From contig QCBP01000006.1 of the NCBI GenBank assembly GCA_003279055.1, positions 4,704 through 68,703 of the forward strand: a stretch of DNA of 64,000 nucleotides. Reading direction: 5' to 3'. Source of the stretch: Prochlorococcus sp. AG-347-I21. Its GTDB lineage: Bacteria; Cyanobacteriota; Cyanobacteriia; PCC-6307; Cyanobiaceae. The translations under genes and the position numbers were made by a program. Positions 29,263 through 49,016 of the stretch are shown here, in pieces; position 1 is the stretch's first letter, and each line of letters begins with the position of its first letter. Under the pieces are notes generated by a model that searched no databases, had not been told where the DNA came from, and was given only the letters and a program-made list of their open reading frames with translations.

Positions 29263-29622
29263 TCAGTGCTTATTAATTCTCGGTGGCTTTCCAAATGTTT
29301 GAAACATATCCCTATCGAGACTATTCTCTAAATCATCTAATTCTTCAAATTTGACCCAATGAATACAATCAACAGGGCATGTATCTATTGCTTCTTGTAT
29401 GACGTCAGAACTATCTCCATCTTGCCTAATAGCTCGACTTCTACCATGAAATTCATCAACAGTGAAAGTGTTCGAAGCGACGTGAACACAGTACTTACAA
29501 CCAATACACTTTGCTTCGTCAACCCATACAGCTTTTTCGGCTAACTGACCACCTAAAACGGGCTCATAGCCTGTTATCTCAATATTTTCTTCAGTATTAT
29601 GAAATGGATTCGTAAAATCCAT
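29263..29622 (-). CDS. 4Fe-4S ferredoxin-type protein
   Basis: CIGCKYCVHVA (CxxCxxC) plus distal CPVDCI. 119 aa. Confidence 0.8.
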   Translation of the reverse strand: MDFTNPFHNTEENIEITGYEPVLGGQLAEKAVWVDEAKCIGCKYCVHVASNTFTVDEFHGRSRAIRQDGDSSDVIQEAIDTCPVDCIHWVKFEELDDLENSLDRDMFQTFGKPPRINKH

Positions 29623-29631
29623 AACTTGAGA

Positions 29632-30024
29632 TTAGTTTTCCCACTTGGTTAAGACCAACTCAATAGAACCATCATTTTTATTTTTTTGCTCTAAGATTTG
29701 ATATCCATCTTCTTGCGTTTTAGAAATTATTGTTTGGTAAGCATACATTTGTGTAACTTTTGAGATAAATCTTTCTACTGGAATCTCAAATTTCCATAGA
29801 TCAAGGTCAGTAACTAATTCATATGCATTAGAATTGTTATCCCATTTAAATCCAACTTGGGTATCACCAGGTAAATTCATGCTTATATCAACGGCTGTGA
29901 ATTGACCTTTATATCCTTTTACAAACTTTTCTTCTTGATTAATACTATAACCAAAATGATTTAAAGCCTTAATTAATGGCTCTACTTGTTTGAGCTGAGT
30001 TTTAATTGTACTAAAATGTGACAT
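29632..30024 (-). CDS. DUF1257 (Ycf35-like) protein
   Basis: The MSHFSTIKTQL N-terminus and ~130 aa size match my recollection of the DUF1257/Ycf35 family. Overlaps the preceding small gene by 14 nt. Confidence 0.65.
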   Translation of the reverse strand: MSHFSTIKTQLKQVEPLIKALNHFGYSINQEEKFVKGYKGQFTAVDISMNLPGDTQVGFKWDNNSNAYELVTDLDLWKFEIPVERFISKVTQMYAYQTIISKTQEDGYQILEQKNKNDGSIELVLTKWEN

Positions 30025-30226
30025 TAGATTCGTTATTTAATTGTGTTAAGTTTTCACTTTGATTAGAGATGAAAGCATCAGAAGTTTTATTTTTAACTGT
30101 TACTTTACCGAGAGCTTCTTCGAGATTTTTTGTAGCTTCATTGCATGAAATACCAGTAAATCCCTCGACAGTCTCTTCAACTCTTCCGTCTTGATGAATT
30201 TTGAATCTCAATGTTTTTTGAGGCAT
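30011..30226 (-). CDS. DUF2997-like small protein
   Basis: MPQKTLRFKIHQDGRVEETVEGFTGISC... matches my recollection of the family usually paired with DUF1257. I chose the ATG at 30226 over the track TTG at 30235. Confidence 0.6.
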   Translation of the reverse strand: MPQKTLRFKIHQDGRVEETVEGFTGISCNEATKNLEEALGKVTVKNKTSDAFISNQSENLTQLNNESNVTF

Positions 30227-30375
30227 TAAATTCAAGTACTGAGTACTTTTACTTTATATAGAATAACGAAAATATTTTGTTTCAGTTGGTACAAGTTAAT
30301 TAATTTTAATTTTTATATTGAATATCTAATAAATAAACTCTTTCAGTCGTGTGCTTATCAAAAAAATTAAGAAAT

Positions 30376-31149
30376 TTAGTTATAAAAACCTTGCATCCCC
30401 ATTGAATCCAAGGCAGTTTTCGCTTCTTCCATAACGGATGGCTCTTTATCAAAAAGGGCTATCTTGGTACATTCATCAACGAAACTTTCTTGATATGTGT
30501 TGTTTAATTTTTCGTACAATCTACATAATGACCAAATGCAATTACTTCGCACGCCTGATTCATTATCTATTTTTAAACTTATTAAAAGTTGTTCTGCTGC
30601 TAATTGAGCGTTCTCAAAAGAAACATTTCCAATTTCAGCTAAAGAACTAGAAGACCATAGTCTTACTGCAGCTACATCATTCTTTAGAGCATTTATTAAT
30701 GGTTCTAAGACAATTTGATTATCATAATTAGCTAAGCTCCATGCCGTTGCTCTTCTGACATAAGCATTATCATCAGTCTTCAAAAGACTGACAAGTTTTT
30801 CAACTGCGCTTGGACATGGATTGCGACCTAAAGCATATACAGCACTCATTCTTTCGACAGGGCAAGGTTGATCAAGCAATGGTAACAAAAGGGGGAAGGA
30901 TCTTTGATCTCTATACTCACAAAATATTCTTAAGCCCTGAATTCTTTCTTCTCTGCTACCTTTTAGCATTTTTAAAGCTTCATTGCACTCTTTAGCAACG
31001 TTTAAACCGTTTGAAAAAGCATTTTCCTCAATTTGCTCTAAAGGATCTATTTCGATTTCTAAAGCCAATTCTTTGGCTAAAACATCTGGATCAACTGCAA
31101 TTTCGGCTAGGCTTTCTTTTTTGGGATCCTTATTTTTTGTCATTTTCAA
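30376..31149 (-). CDS. HEAT-repeat protein (phycobilisome-lyase-type HEAT-like repeats)
   Basis: Repeated ...V R..A..ALG/L... helical-repeat units (ERMSAVYALGRN, AYVRRATAWSLAN, AAVRLWSSSSLAE, SGVRSNCIWSLCR). Confidence 0.75.
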   Translation of the reverse strand: MKMTKNKDPKKESLAEIAVDPDVLAKELALEIEIDPLEQIEENAFSNGLNVAKECNEALKMLKGSREERIQGLRIFCEYRDQRSFPLLLPLLDQPCPVERMSAVYALGRNPCPSAVEKLVSLLKTDDNAYVRRATAWSLANYDNQIVLEPLINALKNDVAAVRLWSSSSLAEIGNVSFENAQLAAEQLLISLKIDNESGVRSNCIWSLCRLYEKLNNTYQESFVDECTKIALFDKEPSVMEEAKTALDSMGMQGFYN

Positions 31150-31161
31150 AAACTAAAAATA

Positions 31162-31287
31162 TTAATTTATGGGGGCAGGGGACATCATATCTCCGGGCAA
31201 CCAAATTCTTGCACTAACTGCAAGGAAGGCGATCCCAAAAAGTGCAACGATGGCGAAAGGTAAAATTTTTGTCTTAATAAAACCCAA
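31162..31287 (-). CDS. candidate small single-TM membrane protein (41 codons, TTG start)
   Basis: Own translation: (M)GFIKTKILPFAIVALFGIAFLAVSARIWLPGDMMSPAPIN*. The frame is open for 51 codons with no ATG before the hydrophobic core. Ends 13 nt before the HEAT-repeat gene start. Confidence 0.3.
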   Translation of the reverse strand: MGFIKTKILPFAIVALFGIAFLAVSARIWLPGDMMSPAPIN

Positions 31288-31359
31288 AGATTCAAAATTA
31301 ATTAAACCAATAATAACTTGTTTAATATACTTTTAAAAAATTTTCCATAGACAATATTA

Positions 31360-32415
<1,056 letters not shown>

Positions 32416-32432
32416 TTAGCTCAAACCTATTC

Positions 32433-32588
<156 letters not shown>

Positions 32589-32637
32589 TTATAAATAAAA
32601 ATTCATTCTAGTTACAAAAAAGGATAATAGACAATAT

Positions 32638-42005
<9,368 letters not shown>

Positions 42006-42241
42006 CCAAGAAGACCTGCGATTATGAGAGATTTACTATTTACTTTTAATTTACTCAATGTTTAGTTGTTTAACTTTTCTTTAAATATGAAATCAATCAT
42101 TTAATCTCGATTTCAACAAAAAGACTATTTTAAAAATAGATAAAACTTTATCAAATGGTCGCAAAACCATTAACAATAAGAAGTTAAAACTAAAAAATTA
42201 AGGAAATTTTCCAGTAATTTCTAATGGTAACAGTTTTTGTG

Positions 42242-43036
42242 TTAACTTAACAAGTCAAATTTAAACAAATCTTTAGCATTCTTTGACGACTCATTGGCGA
42301 TCGTAATTAATTCCGTAGATCTTAAATCTGCCATAAAATTTGCGACATTTTCAACAAATGCAGGTTCGTTTCTTTTGCCCCTAAAGGGTACAGGGGCTAG
42401 AAAAGGTGAGTCGGTTTCTATTAAGTATTTGTCATTGGGTACTATTTTGGCACACTCATGAATTTCATGTGCTTTTGGGAAAGTCACTATTCCACTAAAA
42501 CTGATATAAAATCCAAGCTCCAAGAATTGCTTCATTTCGTTCGTGTTTCCTGTCCAACAATGAAGCACTCCATTAGGACATTTTCCTTTTTTAGATAGTT
42601 CATTGCATATCTCGATCATTTCATTTGCAGCATCTCTGCAATGGATAATTACAGGTAATTCAAGTTCATAAGCCAACTCCATTTGAGGAATAAGAGCCTC
42701 AATTTGCTGAGCTTTATTGTCACTTTTAAAAAAATCTAGGCCTAATTCCCCAATAGCTACAACTCTTCTATCTTCTTTAGCTGCTCTTCTTAAAAGAGAT
42801 TTGGAACTTTTTTCCCATTTGCTTGCTTCTAGGGGATGCAAACCTACTGAATAATAAATTTCATTAAATTCATTGGATATTTCTTTTAACTTAGGAATTT
42901 CGGTTAATTCACAACAGGCATGAACTAATTTTTTTACACCTCTTGAACGTAATCTTATAACAACTTCCTCAAGATCTTCATCAAAATTTTCAAATATCAA
43001 ATGACAGTGCGAGTCTATGAGTTCAATATCGCTCAT
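42242..43036 (-). CDS. tatD: TatD-family metal-dependent hydrolase/DNase
   Basis: N-terminal DSHCHL motif, IGE.GLD, ETDSPFL. 264 aa. Confidence 0.88.
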   Translation of the reverse strand: MSDIELIDSHCHLIFENFDEDLEEVVIRLRSRGVKKLVHACCELTEIPKLKEISNEFNEIYYSVGLHPLEASKWEKSSKSLLRRAAKEDRRVVAIGELGLDFFKSDNKAQQIEALIPQMELAYELELPVIIHCRDAANEMIEICNELSKKGKCPNGVLHCWTGNTNEMKQFLELGFYISFSGIVTFPKAHEIHECAKIVPNDKYLIETDSPFLAPVPFRGKRNEPAFVENVANFMADLRSTELITIANESSKNAKDLFKFDLLS

Positions 43037-43054
43037 AATATTAATTTCGACTGT

Positions 43055-43348
43055 TTACTTTGAGATAAGAGTAGTTTTTACAAAGTTATTAATTTTTGAT
43101 TTTCTATTAGCCCCATTATTCTTATGAAGAACATTTTTTTTAACTGCTTTATCAATTAAACTAAATGCTTTGTTAAGACTTTCTTTCACTAAAATTTTAT
43201 TATCTTCATTAGGGTCTTTTTTATATTTTTCGCAATTCTCCAAAGTTTTTTTTGTCAAAGTTCTAACAGTTGATTTATATGACTTATTAATTAAACGATT
43301 TCTTTCGGCAATTTGTATTCTCTTTTTTGCTGATTTGTTATTGGCCAC
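43055..43348 (-). CDS. rpsT: 30S ribosomal protein S20
   Basis: MANNKSAKKRIQIAERNR N-terminus. Basic, 97 aa. Confidence 0.95.
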   Translation of the reverse strand: MANNKSAKKRIQIAERNRLINKSYKSTVRTLTKKTLENCEKYKKDPNEDNKILVKESLNKAFSLIDKAVKKNVLHKNNGANRKSKINNFVKTTLISK

Positions 43349-43468
43349 AGAGAGTAATTAATTAGAAGATATTCATCATAACAAATAGATCGACTACTAA
43401 TCAATCATATATAATTTATTAAGGTAATAAATTTGGTCTCGAGACTTTCAATTTGAAAAATTAATAAT

Positions 43469-44755
43469 ATGAAGATCATAAATAATAAAAAACAAGCTAT
43501 CCAAGAATTAAACAGGATTTCTACTCGAACAAATTCAGAAAATAATAACAAGATAAATGCAACTGTTGAAGAAATTCTCCAGGAGGTTAAAAATTATGGA
43601 GATATAGCAGTGGAAAAATTTACCAAAAAATTTGATGGCTTCAACCCTAACCCCATGCAAGTTAGTTCCAAGGAATTAAAGGATGCATGGGATGAAATTG
43701 ACAGCAATCTGAAGCGTTCACTTGAGGTAGCTCATAGAAGAATTAAAAAATTCCATGAAAAAGAAATTCCATTATCTTTCACCATAGAAGGTAAACATGG
43801 AGATAAAGTACAAAGAATATGGAGACCAGTCAGAAATGCAGGAATTTATATACCTGGAGGCAGAGCTGCTTATCCAAGTACTGTGTTAATGAATGCAATA
43901 CCTGCAAAAGTAGCAGGAGTAGAAAAAATCTTAATGGTATCTCCTGGAAATAAAGAAGGGAAAATAAACAAAACTGTTTTAGCTGCAGCTCACTTATCAG
44001 GGGTCAATCAAGTTTTTAGGATTGGAGGAGCTCAAGCAGTGGGTGCTTTAGCATTTGGCACAAATAAAATTAGTAAAGTTGATGTTATTACAGGTCCAGG
44101 TAACATCTATGTGACTACTGCTAAAAAATTAATTTATGGCTCCACAGGGATAGATTCTTTAGCTGGTCCAAGTGAGATTCTAATTATTGCAGATGAAACA
44201 GCTCAAAGCACACATATAGCATCTGATCTATTAGCACAAGCAGAGCATGATCCTTTGGCTTCTTCAATACTTCTAACTACATCAAAGAAACAGGCAAACG
44301 AAGTTTTAGAAGAACTTTATAAAAAAATAGATGATCATCCAAGAAAAGAAATTTGCATGCAATCAATAAAAAATTGGGGATTAATTGTTATTTGCGACAA
44401 CTATAAATCATGTATTGAACTAAGTAATAACTTTGCTCCAGAACACTTAGAAATTTTAGCTTTAGATTCAAAAAAGATACTTGAAGGTATAGAGAATGCG
44501 GGAGCAATATTTTTAGGAAAATGGACTCCGGAAGCTGTGGGAGATTATCTAGCTGGACCAAATCATACATTACCAACATCAGGCAATTCTAGATTTAGCG
44601 GTTCTTTAGGAGTTGAAACTTTTATGAAAAACACTTCAATAATTGAGTTTAACGAAGAAAGTTTAAAAGTTAACAGTCTTGATATTATTAATCTTGCAAA
44701 AAGCGAAGGTTTACATAGTCATGCCAACTCAGTACAAATAAGGTTTGAAGATTAG
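43469..44755 (+). CDS. hisD: histidinol dehydrogenase
   Basis: Conserved GGAQA, GPGN.YV and AQAEHD motifs. 428 aa. Confidence 0.95.
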   Translation: MKIINNKKQAIQELNRISTRTNSENNNKINATVEEILQEVKNYGDIAVEKFTKKFDGFNPNPMQVSSKELKDAWDEIDSNLKRSLEVAHRRIKKFHEKEIPLSFTIEGKHGDKVQRIWRPVRNAGIYIPGGRAAYPSTVLMNAIPAKVAGVEKILMVSPGNKEGKINKTVLAAAHLSGVNQVFRIGGAQAVGALAFGTNKISKVDVITGPGNIYVTTAKKLIYGSTGIDSLAGPSEILIIADETAQSTHIASDLLAQAEHDPLASSILLTTSKKQANEVLEELYKKIDDHPRKEICMQSIKNWGLIVICDNYKSCIELSNNFAPEHLEILALDSKKILEGIENAGAIFLGKWTPEAVGDYLAGPNHTLPTSGNSRFSGSLGVETFMKNTSIIEFNEESLKVNSLDIINLAKSEGLHSHANSVQIRFED

Positions 44756-45465
44756 CCAACTTTTGAGGGAGAGTAAACAACTGGAATGTTATCTTCAATT
44801 TTACCAACTAATACTTTGTCTGTAAGATCAACAAATAATCCGTTCTCTAATACCCCTGGAATATTATTCAGACTAATTTCAGTTTCTCTTGGGTTCTTAA
44901 TGCCATCATTAAACAATACATCTAGAACTAGGTTGCCCTGGTCAGTAACAACTGGACCAGCTTTTTTAGTAGCCATTCTTAAAGAAGAACTGCCATTCAT
45001 TTCTTCAATAACCTCCTTTACTTGCTTCCAAGCATTTGGAAGGACCTCAACAGGTAAAGGAAAAGAATGATTTAAATTTTTTACTAGTTTGGTTTCGTCA
45101 ACAACAATTAGCAATTGATTTGCTTTAGATGCTACTAATTTTTCCCTTACATGGCATGCACCTCCTCCTTTAATTAATTGAAATCCGGGATCAACTTCAT
45201 CTGCTCCATCAATAGCCAAATCGATTTGAGAAACAGAAGCTAAATCTATAAGGGGGATATCGAGTTCGAGCGCTAAAACTTCTGATTGAAAGGAAGTTGC
45301 AACACCTCTTATATTTTGCAGTTTTCCAGAACGAATTTGATCGGCGAGGCTTTTTATCATAAGCGCTGCTGTAGATCCAGATCCTAATCCGAGAACCATG
45401 TCACTCTTTACTTCCTTAATTGCTGCATCAGCAACTATTTGTTTCATTTGAGTTTGCGAATCCAA
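44752..45465 (-). CDS. rpiA: ribose-5-phosphate isomerase A
   Basis: GLGSGST, DGADEVD and KGGG motifs. 237 aa. Confidence 0.93.
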   Translation of the reverse strand: MDSQTQMKQIVADAAIKEVKSDMVLGLGSGSTAALMIKSLADQIRSGKLQNIRGVATSFQSEVLALELDIPLIDLASVSQIDLAIDGADEVDPGFQLIKGGGACHVREKLVASKANQLLIVVDETKLVKNLNHSFPLPVEVLPNAWKQVKEVIEEMNGSSSLRMATKKAGPVVTDQGNLVLDVLFNDGIKNPRETEISLNNIPGVLENGLFVDLTDKVLVGKIEDNIPVVYSPSKVG

Positions 45466-45511
45466 AATTTTTTTTTCTAAGTTTATAGATTATTAAATTT
45501 CAATGGGTGAT

Positions 45512-46690
<1,179 letters not shown>

Positions 46691-46787
46691 TTATTGTTGT
46701 TTTTTTGTTTACATCCATAAAATACAAATTTTTGAAAAAACTTTTTTTATATGTGAAAATTGTTTTAAAGCAATAATTCCAATAAAT

Positions 46788-47255
46788 TTGAACAAGGAAA
46801 ATAAAAGTAAACTAGAAACCCTCTTAAAAAAAGTTGCCGATGTATTGGATTTCGAAATATTTAGTTTAAATGTAAAAACTAATCAAAATCCAATCGTTAT
46901 AGAAATCACTATAAAAAAAACTAATGGTGATGATATTTCCCTTGATGATTGTGCTCTATTTAATACTCCAGCATCTGAAGAAATAGAAAATTCAAATCTT
47001 TTAAATTGTTCATATGTCTTAGAAATTAGTAGTCAAGGGGTCAGTGATGAATTAACCTCAGATAGAGACTTCAAAACTTTTAAGGGTTTTCCAGTTAATG
47101 TCGAGTTAAACCAGAAAAATTCAAAAATAAAATTTCTGAATGGTTTACTTTATGAAAAGTCTAAAGATTTTTTAGCCATTAACATAAAAGGTAAGATAAA
47201 GAAAATCCCTTTTAATGAAGTTTTAAAGATTAGTCTTTGTACATTAAAAGATTAA
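46788..47255 (+). CDS. rimP: ribosome maturation factor RimP
   Basis: 155 aa immediately upstream of nusA, with the LEISSQG(V)-type RimP motif. TTG start in the track. Confidence 0.8.
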   Translation: MNKENKSKLETLLKKVADVLDFEIFSLNVKTNQNPIVIEITIKKTNGDDISLDDCALFNTPASEEIENSNLLNCSYVLEISSQGVSDELTSDRDFKTFKGFPVNVELNQKNSKIKFLNGLLYEKSKDFLAINIKGKIKKIPFNEVLKISLCTLKD

Positions 47256-47290
47256 TTATTTTCAACCATTATTCAATTTTCCCATCATAG

Positions 47291-48691
47291 ATGGCATTAG
47301 TTATTCTCCCAGGTTTAAACAATCTCATTGAAGACATTAGTGAGGAAAAAAAGTTACCTCCTAATATCGTAGAAGCAGCCTTACGCGAAGCTCTATTAAA
47401 AGGATACGAAAAATATAGAAAAACTTTTTACATTGGAGTTAACCAAGATCCATTTGATGAGGAATATTTTAGTAATTTTGATGTTGGACTAGATTTAGAT
47501 GAAGAAGGTTACAGAATATTATCTAGTAAGTTAATTGTTGAAGAAGTAGAGAGTGAAGATCATCAAATATCCCTTGAGGAAGTTAAACAAGTCGCTGATG
47601 ATGCCCAAATAGGAGACACAGTTGTTCTAGACGTTACTCCAGAAAAAGAGGATTTTGGGAGAATGGCTGCTTCAACAACAAAGCAAGTTTTGGCCCAAAA
47701 ATTAAGAGATCAACAAAGAAAAATGATCCAAGAAGAATTTGCAGATTTGGAAGATCCTGTTTTAACTGCGAGAGTGATCAGGTTTGAGAGACAATCGGTC
47801 ATTATGGGAGTTAGTTCAGGTATAGGTAGACCTGAAGTAGAGGCAGAACTTCCGAAGAGAGATCAATTACCAAACGATAATTACAGAGCAAATGCAACTT
47901 TCAAAGTATTTTTGAAAGAAGTTAGCGAAATAGCCAGAAAAGGGCCACAACTTTTTGTAAGTAGAGCAAATGCTGGTTTAGTAGTATATTTGTTTGAAAA
48001 TGAAGTACCTGAAATTCAAGAAGGCACAGTAAAAATTGTCGCTGTTTCAAGAGAAGCGAACCCTCCTTCGAGAGCTGTTGGGCCAAGAACAAAAGTAGCT
48101 GTTGATAGTGTTGAAAATGAAGTAGACCCAGTAGGAGCCTGTATTGGAGCTCGCGGAGCAAGAATTCAACAGGTAGTTAATGAACTAAGAGGAGAAAAAA
48201 TAGATGTTATTAAATGGTCATCTGATCCAATACAGTACATTTTAAACTCTTTGAGTCCTGCAAAAGTTGATCTAGTTAGACTAGTTGACCCAGAAGGGCA
48301 ACATGCTCATGTACTAGTTCCTCCTGATCAATTAAGTCTCGCAATTGGTAGAGAAGGTCAAAATGTAAGACTTGCTGCAAGATTAACTGGTTGGAAGATT
48401 GATGTTAAAAACTCTCATGAATACGATCAGGAAGCAGAAGATACTGCAGTTTCTGAATTAATTGCTCAAAGGGTAGATGAAGAAAATCTCCAGCGAGAAG
48501 CGGAATTAAGATTAGAAGCAGAACAAGCCGAGCGTGCAGCAGAAGATGCAAGATTAAGAGAGCTTTATCCCCTTCCTGAAGATGATCTAGAATATGTTGA
48601 AGAACAATATGAAGAAGATTTATCAGATGAAAATCAATTAGAGACAGTTCAAGATAATGAAATATCCGCCACAGAGGAGAGAAAACGGTGA
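47291..48691 (+). CDS. nusA: transcription termination/antitermination factor NusA
   Basis: N-terminal domain, S1 and two KH regions (IGARG.RIQ, LAIGREGQNVRLA). Acidic C-terminal tail. Confidence 0.95.
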   Translation: MALVILPGLNNLIEDISEEKKLPPNIVEAALREALLKGYEKYRKTFYIGVNQDPFDEEYFSNFDVGLDLDEEGYRILSSKLIVEEVESEDHQISLEEVKQVADDAQIGDTVVLDVTPEKEDFGRMAASTTKQVLAQKLRDQQRKMIQEEFADLEDPVLTARVIRFERQSVIMGVSSGIGRPEVEAELPKRDQLPNDNYRANATFKVFLKEVSEIARKGPQLFVSRANAGLVVYLFENEVPEIQEGTVKIVAVSREANPPSRAVGPRTKVAVDSVENEVDPVGACIGARGARIQQVVNELRGEKIDVIKWSSDPIQYILNSLSPAKVDLVRLVDPEGQHAHVLVPPDQLSLAIGREGQNVRLAARLTGWKIDVKNSHEYDQEAEDTAVSELIAQRVDEENLQREAELRLEAEQAERAAEDARLRELYPLPEDDLEYVEEQYEEDLSDENQLETVQDNEISATEERKR

Positions 48692-48969
48692 TACAACAAA
48701 CCCCTGTTATGCGGGTATGCATTTCATGTAAACAAACATATGACAGGAAACATCTTTTAAAGATTACCAAAGATCATAAGCAAGGTATTATGTTTCAAAA
48801 AGGAATGGGAAGATCAGCTTACATTTGCAATTCAAAAAAATGTTGCTCAGATTCCAAGATAAAAAAAAAGCTTCAAAAAGCTTTAAAAACATTCTTAGAA
48901 CCTGAATTTATTGATATTTTTGAAAAAGAAATTACAAGCTTTAATGACAATTCCAATAAGGGAATATAA
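48688..48969 (+). CDS. ylxR: YlxR-family (DUF448) RNA-binding protein
   Basis: MRVCISCK...GRSAYIC pattern between nusA and infB. The track GTG start overlaps the nusA stop. The ATG at 48709 (MRVCISC) is an equally plausible start. Confidence 0.8.
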   Translation: MIQQTPVMRVCISCKQTYDRKHLLKITKDHKQGIMFQKGMGRSAYICNSKKCCSDSKIKKKLQKALKTFLEPEFIDIFEKEITSFNDNSNKGI

Positions 48970-49016
48970 TTAAATTAAATCCTCTTTAATTTCAAAAAGA
49001 GTACAAATCAGATTAA

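Noticed and set aside
29253-29294. N-terminal 14-codon extension of the aldo/keto reductase overlapping the ferredoxin gene end
   Set aside because: The canonical AKR N-terminus (MQYRRFG) begins at the ATG at 29252, and the extension has no homology-like features. It is kept only as an alternative start.
31011-31217. 68-aa plus-strand ORF overlapping the HEAT-repeat gene start and the candidate small ORF
   Set aside because: It is antisense to a well-supported gene, and the minus-strand small ORF has a far more protein-like, TM-helix-containing translation.
42154-42171. Hairpin AATGGT-CGCAAA-ACCATT between tatD and rpoB as a terminator
   Set aside because: It has only 6 bp, is mostly A-T, and has no following U-tract on the minus strand. 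It is too weak to call.
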